This document shows positions 5,343-14,237 of a stretch of DNA of 36,496 bases, in pieces. This DNA comes from Burkholderiales bacterium (GTDB lineage Bacteria > Pseudomonadota > Gammaproteobacteria > Burkholderiales > Burkholderiaceae_E): positions 1-36,496 of the forward strand of contig JBAXJZ010000001.1 in NCBI GenBank assembly GCA_037137595.1, read 5' to 3'. The notes beneath the pieces were generated by a model. It ran no database searches, was not told the origin of the DNA, and worked only from the letters and a program-made list of their open reading frames with translations. The translations under genes were made by a program, and so were the position numbers. The stretch's first letter is position 1. The number at the start of each line of letters is the position of its first letter.

Positions 5343-8054
5343 TCAGCGCCCGGACTTGCGCCACGAGGCGCCGCCGCCGCCCGGGCCGATCCAGTACCGC
5401 CTCGGTGTCGGGGTGGCGTCGGGTGCGTTCGCGCGCAGCGTGAAGGTCTTCGTCGTGGTGTCGACCGCGTTCGCCGCGGTGATCGCGACCGAGACGCTGC
5501 CCTGCGGCAGCGCCGGGTAGGACAGCACGCCCGACGAGTTGATCGTGAAGCCCGCCACGGACGAGTACGGCACCGACCACGTGATCGTCCCGGTACCGGT
5601 CGCGGTGATCGTGCGCGTGCCGGCCGTGCCGGCGACCGCGTCCGCGAGCGCGGTGGTCGTGATGGCGGGCGCCCCGGCCCCGCTGACGGCGGCCAGCGTG
5701 AAGGCGCGGGAGAGCGTGGCGCCGCTCGAGTCCCGGACCTGCACGGTGAACGACGAGGACGAGACCGCGCCGGCGTTGCCGATCACCACGCCGTTCGACA
5801 GCACGAAGCCCGTCAGCAGCGAGCCGCTCGTCAGCGTCCAGGTGTAGGGCGACACCCCGCCGGTGACCGACAGCGGCTGGTTGTAGTTCGTGCCCACCAC
5901 CGCGTTCGGCAGGGTCGCGCTGGTCACCCACGCGAAGGCGAGGATCACGCGCAGGGTGAACGTGATGTCGGTCGAGCCGGCCGCGTTCGTGGCGCGCAGC
6001 ACCACCGTGTAGGTCGCCTCGCCGCCCGTCGGCGTGCCGCCGAGCGCGCCGGTCGTCGAGTTGACCGTGAGCCACGCCGGCCCGGAGACCTTCGTGTAGG
6101 TCGGCGCCGGCGAGCCGGCGGCTTGGACGGTGAGGCCAGTGATCGCGACGCCCAAGGTAACCGCCGGCAGATTCGCCGTCTGCCAGACCGGCACGGTGTT
6201 CGGGACGGTGGCCGCGTCGGCGTAGGTCCAGAGGGTGTAGCCGGACGCGACCTTCTGGTCGGCGTAGCGCGGGGTGTCGGAGCGGCCGGGCGCGGGGATC
6301 GGCGACGGGCCGCTGGCGACGGTGTAGCCCGACATCACGCCCGAGCCGACCATGCGCTGGTAGACCGCGGTCGCGACGCGGTCCGCCCCGCCCTGCGCGA
6401 GCAGGTAGGTCCGCGCGTTCGTCGCCGGGTCGAGCCAGTAGTCGGACGCGAGGAATCCCGAGCCGGACGTGTCGGCGATCGTCCAGAACGCCGGCAGCGG
6501 CGGCGGGTTCGCGCGGACCTGCGCCTCGGTCAGGCCGTAGGGCGCGGCGTTGTACGGCCAGCCCGCGTTCCAGTTACCCCACGGTGGGGGCGTCCCTGCG
6601 CGGAACGAAATGAACTGCCCGGTGATCCCACCGAAGGCGCGCCATTCGGTCGAGTCGCAGGTCTGGTACTGCGCGAGCCCCATGTCGGCAGCGGTGCGCG
6701 GATACCCGAGGTAGTCGTAGCGACCGAGGTAGTCGTAGCGGAACCCGTCGGCCTTGATCGACCAAAGGTCGATTCCGATGCGGATCAGGAAGCGCGCCTT
6801 GAAACGGTCGTCCGGCCCGGTCGGGTCGTCGAGCGCGAGCCGCACCTGCGCGCCCGCGATGAACGCCGCGGCCTTCGTGATCCCCTCGCGGTTGACCCCG
6901 TAGACCTCCGCGCCGTCGGCCTGCGTGATGTTGCTCAGCAGCGGGTCACGCCTCGGCGACGTCGGGCGCTGCCAGAACTCTGTGCCGTAGTTCCCCACGG
7001 CCTTCACGAACCGCGTGACCCCGTCCGGCTGCAGGCGACTCACGCATCCAGGCGGGGTCGTGTAGCCGTAGATGGACGTGCCGTTCCACCATGCGCCGTC
7101 GCACTGCGCGCCGGCGAACATCGTCCGGTAGACGTTGTCGACGCCCGCGGTCATCCCGAAGACGTTCCTGATCTCGACGCCGCTGTTCGTCGCCTGGTTG
7201 TCGGGGTGCTCGAAGACGTGGGTCCAGACCTGGAACGCGCTGACCCGGTCCGTCAGGTACGGGAAGCCCGGGCCGGCACTCTGGGGCGCGAGGCGCCCTC
7301 CCTCGTTGTCGAGCGGCCCCTGGTCGCCGCCGGGGTTCGGCGGGGTGGCTGACCAACTCGCCATGGCGTCATAGAGGGCCTGCCACGACGAGTAGAGGTT
7401 CCCCCCGTAGGCCGCCGGGACGAAGCTGCCGCCCTTTGCAGTCAGCGACGTGCTCGGCGTCTTCGAGGCGGCGATCAGTTGCTCGACGAACGCGGTCCGC
7501 GCGGCGCTCGAGCCGCTCGCCGACGACAGCGCGGCCAGGTCGACCACGAACAGGTTCGCGCCGGTCTTCGCGCGGATCGCCGTGTTCAGCGTCTGGAAAC
7601 CGGCGTAGGCGGCATTCGTCTCGGCCTCCGTCTTGTTCCAGTACGGCGGCAGCGTGCACATGAAGACCTTCGCCGCGGGCTTCGCGGTGGTCATCGCGTC
7701 GATCATCGCCCCGTACTTCGTGCCGATCGACGACGTCGCCGCGAGCACGTCGGCCCAGCCGACGAGCACCACGATGATGTCGACACCGACGCCGGCCGCG
7801 AGGATCGTCGAGATCTTCGCGGTGATGTTGTTCGTGCCGCCGGTGCTGTCGATGAAGGCGCCGGTGTAGCCCTCGTGATTCGGGTCCCCGCCGATCGCGG
7901 GCAAGTCCGACTGCGTGCCCACGAAGTCGAACAGGTAGCCGCCCTGCGTCAGCGTCTCCTGCAGCCGCCCCGAGAACGAACGGTAGCCGGTGGTGTCGCC
8001 CTCGTTGCCCTTGACCAGCGCATCGCCGATCAGCATTACACGCGCGGTCGCCAT
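5343..8054 (-). CDS. Tail fibre/host-recognition protein: N-terminal SGNH-like domain, central domain, three C-terminal Ig-like (He_PIG-type) repeats
   Basis: The N-terminus VMLIGDALVKG..GYR...FDFVG...DPNHEGYTGA resembles GDSL/SGNH esterases. The C-terminal ~250 aa has three repeats of the type LPNAVVGTNYNQPLSVTGGVSPYTW. Confidence 0.8.
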   Translation of the reverse strand: MATARVMLIGDALVKGNEGDTTGYRSFSGRLQETLTQGGYLFDFVGTQSDLPAIGGDPNHEGYTGAFIDSTGGTNNITAKISTILAAGVGVDIIVVLVGWADVLAATSSIGTKYGAMIDAMTTAKPAAKVFMCTLPPYWNKTEAETNAAYAGFQTLNTAIRAKTGANLFVVDLAALSSASGSSAARTAFVEQLIAASKTPSTSLTAKGGSFVPAAYGGNLYSSWQALYDAMASWSATPPNPGGDQGPLDNEGGRLAPQSAGPGFPYLTDRVSAFQVWTHVFEHPDNQATNSGVEIRNVFGMTAGVDNVYRTMFAGAQCDGAWWNGTSIYGYTTPPGCVSRLQPDGVTRFVKAVGNYGTEFWQRPTSPRRDPLLSNITQADGAEVYGVNREGITKAAAFIAGAQVRLALDDPTGPDDRFKARFLIRIGIDLWSIKADGFRYDYLGRYDYLGYPRTAADMGLAQYQTCDSTEWRAFGGITGQFISFRAGTPPPWGNWNAGWPYNAAPYGLTEAQVRANPPPLPAFWTIADTSGSGFLASDYWLDPATNARTYLLAQGGADRVATAVYQRMVGSGVMSGYTVASGPSPIPAPGRSDTPRYADQKVASGYTLWTYADAATVPNTVPVWQTANLPAVTLGVAITGLTVQAAGSPAPTYTKVSGPAWLTVNSTTGALGGTPTGGEATYTVVLRATNAAGSTDITFTLRVILAFAWVTSATLPNAVVGTNYNQPLSVTGGVSPYTWTLTSGSLLTGFVLSNGVVIGNAGAVSSSSFTVQVRDSSGATLSRAFTLAAVSGAGAPAITTTALADAVAGTAGTRTITATGTGTITWSVPYSSVAGFTINSSGVLSYPALPQGSVSVAITAANAVDTTTKTFTLRANAPDATPTPRRYWIGPGGGGASWRKSGR

Positions 8055-8057
8055 GGC

Positions 8058-9059
8058 TTAGTAGTCCTGGATGACGCCGGAGACGATGTAGACGAGCCCC
8101 TTAACCGGCGAAGCGCCGGGGCGACCGAGCACGCAGTTGACGGTCGTTCCAGCCGCGACGTTCGGAACCGTCGAGCCGGTCACGTAGATCGTCCCGCCCG
8201 TCGCCTCCGCGGCAACCCCGTCGACGCGCCGAAACGTGCTCCCGTCGGTGTCGGTGAGCCAGTGCCGGACCGACCATCCGGTGGTGCCGTTCACCGCGGT
8301 GTCGATCCCGGTGATCGCGATCCGCTTGTTGACGGTCTGCGCCTTGAACGTCGCGAGCGCGACGGCGGTGCCCTGATACGCCGCGTCGTGGGTGTAGGAC
8401 ACCGACAGCGCGGTCGCAGCCGCGAGCTGTCGGCTCTGCACGTGGAACGGCGCGCGGTTGTCGAGCACCGTGCCGACGAGCTGCGATCCGCGGTGCGTCC
8501 AGCCGCTCGACGGGGTCTGCGGGCTGACCCCGTTCACGTTCGCGAGGAACATCCCCGAGATGACCGCGAACGCCAGGTCGTCGGTCGTCACGAGCCCTGC
8601 GGTGCTGCCGGAGGCCGTGCTTGTCGCCGAGTGCGCCGCGGTGCCGCCGGCGACGCCGTTCAGCGCGCCCGAGCGCGACAGGCCGGACCACTCCTCGACA
8701 AACCACGAGACGATCGTGCTCCCGTCGTTGTAGGCGAAGTTCAGCGCGATCTGCGTCGTGCCCGCTGCGACGTTCAGCGCGTAGGCGATCGTCGACTCGG
8801 TCTGGTGATCGGACCCGGAGTCCGAGACCTTCACCTGCTGTTTCGCCATCGCCCAGGTGTTCGCACCCGTGCCGCCGATCGTCGACGAGACGCTCGTGAT
8901 GACGCCCGGCGTCGAGGTGCTGTAGCGTTGCGCGGCGACGTAGACGATCAGCGTGTTCCCGGCGGCGACGGCCGAGGGCAGCGTGATCTTCGCGCTCGCG
9001 GACGATCCGTCGCCCTTGAAAGCGACGACCGATGAGGCCTGGACGAGTGCGGCTGGCAT
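8058..9059 (-). CDS. Tail-associated structural protein, unknown family
   Basis: Lies between the J-like protein and the fibre. Ser/Thr/Gly/Ala-rich, beta-like composition. High GC3. Confidence 0.7.
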   Translation of the reverse strand: MPAALVQASSVVAFKGDGSSASAKITLPSAVAAGNTLIVYVAAQRYSTSTPGVITSVSSTIGGTGANTWAMAKQQVKVSDSGSDHQTESTIAYALNVAAGTTQIALNFAYNDGSTIVSWFVEEWSGLSRSGALNGVAGGTAAHSATSTASGSTAGLVTTDDLAFAVISGMFLANVNGVSPQTPSSGWTHRGSQLVGTVLDNRAPFHVQSRQLAAATALSVSYTHDAAYQGTAVALATFKAQTVNKRIAITGIDTAVNGTTGWSVRHWLTDTDGSTFRRVDGVAAEATGGTIYVTGSTVPNVAAGTTVNCVLGRPGASPVKGLVYIVSGVIQDY

Positions 9060-9068
9060 GAGGGCCTC

Positions 9069-12000
9069 CTATCGCTTGATGTGGGTCACGCGCGACGAGA
9101 CCGCGTAGAAGCGGTCCGTCGTGTTGCCGATGTTGAAACCCGCTACCGAGCGGCCGATCCGCAGGAGCGGGGCGATCGTGTCGCCGGCGCGCACGTTGTT
9201 GACGGTGGCCGTCAGCGTGCGGACCTCGGTGACATTCGCGCCGGTCGGCGCGGTCATCAGCGTGCGGCTCACGAGCGGGAGCTTCCCGTTGCCGATGTAG
9301 ATCCCGCCCGTGATGACGTTCGGCGCCACGACGCCGCCGGTCGCGGACAGATCGAAGGTGACCGAGATCTCGACGGTGCCGTCTGCGGTCGCGGTGAAGT
9401 TCGCGAGCGAGTAGTCGACGAAGAACAGTGTCGACAGATCGAAGCGAGCACCCGGCCCGTTCTCGACCGCCGCGATCGTGGTCGCAGCGCCGGCGGCCAG
9501 ATCGGCGGTGTTGACCACACGCAGCGGCCCCTCGACCCAAGGCGACAGTACGGTCTGCCCCGGCAGCGCGGGGCCCAGGTACGCATGCTGTCCGAACACG
9601 AACGAGCCGTCGGCCGTCACGCCCATGTCCCGCGCGTACTTTCGGAAGAACAGCATCGCGCGCGTCACCCCGGCGGGAACGGTGGCGAAGCCGCCGACCC
9701 GCGCGTAGTTCGCGAGCGACTGGATCGGGGCGAACTCGGCCGCGTGCCCCGGTCCCCACAGCGCCTGCTCGCTGTGGTAGGCGCCGTTCGCCGTGTAGAA
9801 GGCGACACGCAGGTCGACCGGGCACCGATGGGTCGACAGGTACGCGGAGCCTTCGATCCGATCCCCGCCGACCACCGGGTAGAACTTGTCCCACTGCGCA
9901 AGGATCGCGTCGCTCAGCCCGTTCGCGGGCCGGTCGCCGTCCTCCTGGATCACGAAGCCGGAGCCCTGCCCCGCCGGCGTGCCGGACAACATCCACGGCG
10001 CGAACGTCGACGCGTTCAGGTGGTAGAGCTTGAGGTTCGCGTTCGTCGGCGACAGCGTCCAGCCCTCGGTCGAGTTCGTGAACGCGCTGTTCTCGAGCCA
10101 GTTCGCCGAGACGATCGCCGCCTGCGCGGACCGGAAGCGGCCGGTCACGGTGTAGCTGTAGGGCGTGACGTCGGCGAGCTGCTGCAGGCCGCCGCCGAAG
10201 CAGTTGAACGAGCAGAACTTGAAGAGGATCGTCTTCCCGACCATGTCGTCGGCGAGCGGGCCCGAGGTCGCGAGCGCGCCGTCGACGTAGGCCCACTGCG
10301 CACCGCTCGCCGCCGCCTGGTCGGTCGTCGAGAAGCGGCCGCGGCGCAGGCCGGTGAGGTTGTAGGCGCCCGCGCCGGTGAGCGCGGCGTTCTGGAACGA
10401 GAGGAACTCGCCGGACCCCGCGCTGCCCACGAACAGCAGCGTCGCCATCGCGTCGGCCTCGTTCGCGGAGACCGTGCGCAGCGTGCCGCCGCGGCCCGCG
10501 AGACCGACCGGCAGGGTCGCACCGCTCCCGGCCGCGAGCGCGCCCGTCAGCGTGCCGTAGCGCGCGCCCTGATCGACGCGGCCCACGAGCTTGTACGAGG
10601 TGCCCCCGTCCAGCGAGGCGTAGACGTCGGCGCCGCCCCAGTACTGCCCCGGCGTGCCCGCCTGGCCCGAGACCGCGACCCAGACCTCGAGGCCGCCCGC
10701 GGTGTAGCCGCCCGGCGGTTCGATGAACATCGGCGTCGCGACCGCGCCCGGCGACAGGTTGTAGTCCGGCCGGAAGCCCGAGCCGATCTGCGGCGCGACG
10801 ACCGGCGCCGTCGCGTGGCCGATGGGCCAGTCCTCGGCCTTGACGTCGAAGTCGCCGGACGGCGTCTCGGTCACCTGCGTGACGCGCGCCGGCAGCTTCG
10901 AGAGCCCGAGCCACGGCTCGGTCAGCGTCACGAGGTCGCCCGGCTCGAGCTCCTCGAACCGCCAGGGGAGCTGGAACGCGTACTCGCATCGCACCGCGCG
11001 CAGCCGCTGCAGGCGAAGGAACGCCGCGGTCTTCGCAGCCTGCGAGTCGGCGAAGAAGTGCCACGTCTGTGCGGTCTCGCCGTTCTTCCCGTAGACCGCG
11101 ATGTCCGCCTCATCCTCGGCGGTCACGGGCTCGAAGTTGTAGTCGCGCGCGCGGTTCGCATACTCGACGGTCACGACGTTCGGGATGTCCTGCTGCGCCG
11201 AGCGCGTGACCGTCACCGGCATCGAGCCGTTCACGGTGATGAAATCGTCGGGCCCAAGGTCGAAGACCGGCGTCGTCGGGGCGACGTAGCTCCCCGCGTT
11301 CTCGTCGCCGCGCGGGATCAGCTTCAGCACGCCGCCGGTCCACGCCGCGTCGGTGTTCAGCGCGTCGAGCATCTCGGAGAGCCACGCGCGCAGCGGGCGC
11401 TGCTCGAGGAAGGCCGGCGAGATCACCAGCCCGTAGGCCTGGCAGTAGGCGTCGAACGACGACCAGTCGCCGAGGTAGGCCGAGAGCCACCCGCGCCCGT
11501 ATCGCGGGTTCGTGAGCATGTCCCGGATCACTTTCCACGGCTTCGCGTCGCCGTTCGAGGTCTCCCCGAGGAAGCCGTCGATCTCGAACGTGTGGTTCTC
11601 GACCTCGGCCGCGCTCGTCAGCGAGTAGCCCTGCCCGCGCACGTAGGCGAGGTTCGCGTAGGGCACCGCCTCGTTCGGGAAATTGGCCTGCAGGTACTGC
11701 CAGACGGCCTGATTCGGCGTGCCCTGCGCGAGTGCGAGCCCGAGCTGCGACAGGGCCTCCACGCTGGCGGTCGTCGTCGACGCGGTGTAGGTGATCGTCA
11801 CGCCGTAGCCAGCCCAGCGCGAATTGAAGGTGTAGACGCCGCCCGACGCGGTGTAGTCGACGCCCGGGACCAGCGCGACGTCGTAGGCGCCGGTGCTGAA
11901 GACCACGTCGAAGAAGTCGGCCTTCCCGTAGACGACGCCCGCGTCCGCGACCCACGTCGGCGAGCCCGGAAGCGTCACGGTGTAGGGCGCGCCGGCCGGC

Positions 12001-12359
12001 ACCGTCGCCGCATACTGCGCGGTGCTCTGCGTGGCCGTGGTCGCCTGGCCGGAGAACTTCTGCTTCCCCTTGTAGACGGTGCGGACGCCCGCGACCGGCC
12101 CCTCGGCGAGCAGCATCGCGACGGAGGCCGAGTACTCGTAGTAGCTGCGCGTCGGCCGCGAGCCGCCCCCGCCGCCCTTCGCCGACTCGGCGCGCTCCTC
12201 CTGCCGGATCGCCTGGAAGTCGCCGTACCAGAGCAGATTCCCGGGCACGCGCGCGCGGCCGTAGACGACCGGGATCGTCTGCCCGTAGAGCGAGGTCTGC
12301 ACCCGGAGGCCGCCGAGGCGCGGCTCGGTGGTGCCGAGCGAAGGCTTACTGCCGGACAT
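9069..12359 (-). CDS. Host specificity / tip attachment protein (gpJ-like, GTA g15-like)
   Basis: The N-terminus LGGLRVQTSLYGQTIPVVYGRARVPGNLLWYGDF...GGGGGS...YYEYS is typical of the Phage-tail_3/gpJ family. 1096 aa. Confidence 0.85.
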   Translation of the reverse strand: MSGSKPSLGTTEPRLGGLRVQTSLYGQTIPVVYGRARVPGNLLWYGDFQAIRQEERAESAKGGGGGSRPTRSYYEYSASVAMLLAEGPVAGVRTVYKGKQKFSGQATTATQSTAQYAATVPAGAPYTVTLPGSPTWVADAGVVYGKADFFDVVFSTGAYDVALVPGVDYTASGGVYTFNSRWAGYGVTITYTASTTTASVEALSQLGLALAQGTPNQAVWQYLQANFPNEAVPYANLAYVRGQGYSLTSAAEVENHTFEIDGFLGETSNGDAKPWKVIRDMLTNPRYGRGWLSAYLGDWSSFDAYCQAYGLVISPAFLEQRPLRAWLSEMLDALNTDAAWTGGVLKLIPRGDENAGSYVAPTTPVFDLGPDDFITVNGSMPVTVTRSAQQDIPNVVTVEYANRARDYNFEPVTAEDEADIAVYGKNGETAQTWHFFADSQAAKTAAFLRLQRLRAVRCEYAFQLPWRFEELEPGDLVTLTEPWLGLSKLPARVTQVTETPSGDFDVKAEDWPIGHATAPVVAPQIGSGFRPDYNLSPGAVATPMFIEPPGGYTAGGLEVWVAVSGQAGTPGQYWGGADVYASLDGGTSYKLVGRVDQGARYGTLTGALAAGSGATLPVGLAGRGGTLRTVSANEADAMATLLFVGSAGSGEFLSFQNAALTGAGAYNLTGLRRGRFSTTDQAAASGAQWAYVDGALATSGPLADDMVGKTILFKFCSFNCFGGGLQQLADVTPYSYTVTGRFRSAQAAIVSANWLENSAFTNSTEGWTLSPTNANLKLYHLNASTFAPWMLSGTPAGQGSGFVIQEDGDRPANGLSDAILAQWDKFYPVVGGDRIEGSAYLSTHRCPVDLRVAFYTANGAYHSEQALWGPGHAAEFAPIQSLANYARVGGFATVPAGVTRAMLFFRKYARDMGVTADGSFVFGQHAYLGPALPGQTVLSPWVEGPLRVVNTADLAAGAATTIAAVENGPGARFDLSTLFFVDYSLANFTATADGTVEISVTFDLSATGGVVAPNVITGGIYIGNGKLPLVSRTLMTAPTGANVTEVRTLTATVNNVRAGDTIAPLLRIGRSVAGFNIGNTTDRFYAVSSRVTHIKR

Positions 12360-12777
12360 CGGATTCCCCGAGCAGGGTGAAGGCGAGATGGGCGCGGTTG
12401 GTGAACTCGGCGCGCTCGACCACCTCGACGCCGCGGCCGATGAACGAGTGCACCATCAGCTCCTCGTCGATGACGATCGCGCCGTGGCTGAAGCAGCGGA
12501 AGTAGCGGTAGACGAGGACATCGCCGGGGCGCGTGCGCTCGGTGCGCGTCGCGAACCGCTCGACCCACGCGACGAACCGCTCGTCGTCGCGGTGACAGGC
12601 CCAGTCCTGCGGGTAGTCGCCGGTGTCGAACGGCTCAATCAGGCCGGCCTCGGCGTAGACGCCGATCAGCAGCTGCGCGCAGTCGACGCCCACGCCCTTG
12701 ATGCGCGCGCGGTGGTGGTAGGGCGTGCCCACCCAGGACAGCGCGCACTCGACAATCGCGGCGCGGAGGTCGGTCAC
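12346..12777 (-). CDS. NlpC/P60 cell-wall peptidase (tail-associated, GTA g14-like)
   Basis: GTG start overlaps the upstream stop (GTGA). Motifs WVGTPYHHRARIKGVGVDCAQL (catalytic Cys) and SHGAIV (His). Confidence 0.85.
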   Translation of the reverse strand: MTDLRAAIVECALSWVGTPYHHRARIKGVGVDCAQLLIGVYAEAGLIEPFDTGDYPQDWACHRDDERFVAWVERFATRTERTRPGDVLVYRYFRCFSHGAIVIDEELMVHSFIGRGVEVVERAEFTNRAHLAFTLLGESDVRQ

Positions 12778-13646
12778 GTCGTCGTCTCGGCCGCCGGCAC
12801 GAACGGCGCGCCGCGGAAGTGGATGATGTTCGAGAACTTCGACGCGCACGTGGTCTGCCGCTTGTCGCAGCCCGCGAGGATCGCGAAGGTGTCGCCCACC
12901 GCGACGGCGTTCGGCCACGGGGCGGGGAACGTCAGCACGCCGCCGGCCGCGTGGTTCCGCACGTACTGCGAGCGGCCCGCGTTCGCTCCGGTCGTCCACC
13001 GGAAGCGGCCGAGCGAGAAGTAGCCCGCGGCCTGCACGAGGCCGGTGGCGAACTGCGTGCGCGCCGCGTTGACGCTGCCCGTCACCTGGTCGATCGACTG
13101 ATAGCTGCCCGCGTTCACGCCGCAGGTCTCGTCGTAGAGCCGGTTCCCGCACTGCGGTTGCAGCACGTTCCGCGGATACGGCTGGTCTAGTTCCGCGGTC
13201 GGCGCGAGCACGCTCACGATGAAAGCGAAGTCCTCGACCTCGACCTGCCCGACGCGGCCGACGAACCGATTCGCCGAGACATCGACGATCGTGCCCGGGG
13301 TTCCGCCGTAGGCTTTCGACAGCGACACGGTCGCCCCGTCGAAGTCGCCCTGTCGCAGAGCCTGCGCGAGCGGCACGCTGCCGAGCATGTCGACCGAGCG
13401 CGGCATGATCCTGAGCTTGACCTGGTCGGAGTCCTCGCTGCCGTCGATCCCGATCCGCCAGGACAGGCGCGAGCGCATGAGCCCGGGCCCGACCGCGTAG
13501 GTGTTCGTGTTCCAGACGAGCTGCTGATCGTGCGAGGTCCAGTAGAGCGTCGTGCCGCTGACGAGCTGAATCCGCCAGAGATCAGCCGTCCACGAGATCC
13601 TGCCGGCGGCGAAGTAGTTGTGCAGGGTGGTCGAGACGGTGCGCAC
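12774..13646 (-). CDS. Tail hub protein, DUF2163 + phage BR0599 domain (GTA g13-like)
   Basis: The C-terminal motif GDTFAILAGCDKRQTTCASKFSNIIHFRGAPFVP matches the BR0599 signature GCDK..TC..F.N..NFRG. Confidence 0.85.
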   Translation of the reverse strand: MRTVSTTLHNYFAAGRISWTADLWRIQLVSGTTLYWTSHDQQLVWNTNTYAVGPGLMRSRLSWRIGIDGSEDSDQVKLRIMPRSVDMLGSVPLAQALRQGDFDGATVSLSKAYGGTPGTIVDVSANRFVGRVGQVEVEDFAFIVSVLAPTAELDQPYPRNVLQPQCGNRLYDETCGVNAGSYQSIDQVTGSVNAARTQFATGLVQAAGYFSLGRFRWTTGANAGRSQYVRNHAAGGVLTFPAPWPNAVAVGDTFAILAGCDKRQTTCASKFSNIIHFRGAPFVPAAETTT

Positions 13647-13649
13647 CGG

Positions 13650-14237
13650 TCAGCCCTTCACCGTCTGGAACTCGATCGAGTCGACCGAGTGGAAGCCGTT
13701 CATGAACTCCTCGAAGACGAGCTCGTCGTCCATGAACTCGCAGCGCATGTAGTAGGTCCCGGTCCAGCGCAGCACCTGCCCCGCGCTCGGCGCGGTGTTG
13801 AACCGCACGATGCGGTTATCGACCAGCGAGTAGGCCGCGGTGGGCGTGCCGTTGATCGTCACCGAGCCGATGGCGTTCTTCTCGCCAACCGGCTCGCTGA
13901 ACGACGCGATCGTCCGCAGCAGCGCGAAGTCGGTCTGCGTGCCGTTGCCGACGCCGATCTGCTGCGCCGTGACCGAGTTGTAGTCGGGGTCGGTGAAGAG
14001 GAAGTAGTCGTAGCCGCCGGCGAGCTGATTGAAGAACGACATCAACGACTCGGCCTCGGCGAGAACGGCTGAGCGCAGGAACTCGGCCTTCAGCTTGAAG
14101 CCCCAGATCGGATAGCTGTAGTACGTCGTCGCGAAGCGACGGCCGCTCGCCGAGTACCCCTTGTGGGTCTTCCATCGCGGAATCCGCTTCACCGGCCAGG
14201 CGATTCCAGGGAGCGTCGGGAAGACGAGACTCGACAT
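13650..14237 (-). CDS. Distal tail protein-like (DUF2460/GTA g12-like, distant)
   Basis: Internal ATG overlaps the tape-measure stop. The pattern FPTLPGI..SG..F...YP.W.F.L...L...E...L..FF...G....F.F.DPDY resembles that family only loosely. Confidence 0.7.
   Translation of the reverse strand: MSSLVFPTLPGIAWPVKRIPRWKTHKGYSASGRRFATTYYSYPIWGFKLKAEFLRSAVLAEAESLMSFFNQLAGGYDYFLFTDPDYNSVTAQQIGVGNGTQTDFALLRTIASFSEPVGEKNAIGSVTINGTPTAAYSLVDNRIVRFNTAPSAGQVLRWTGTYYMRCEFMDDELVFEEFMNGFHSVDSIEFQTVKG

Noticed and set aside
9081-12380. 1099-aa plus-strand ORF (and the 987-aa minus-strand ORF 8101..11064) overlapping the J-like gene
   Set aside because: These are shadow frames of a GC-rich gene. Their translations are dominated by Arg/Gly/Asp/Pro runs with no recognisable motifs. 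The 9069..12359 frame has the gpJ N-terminal signature and coding-type third positions.
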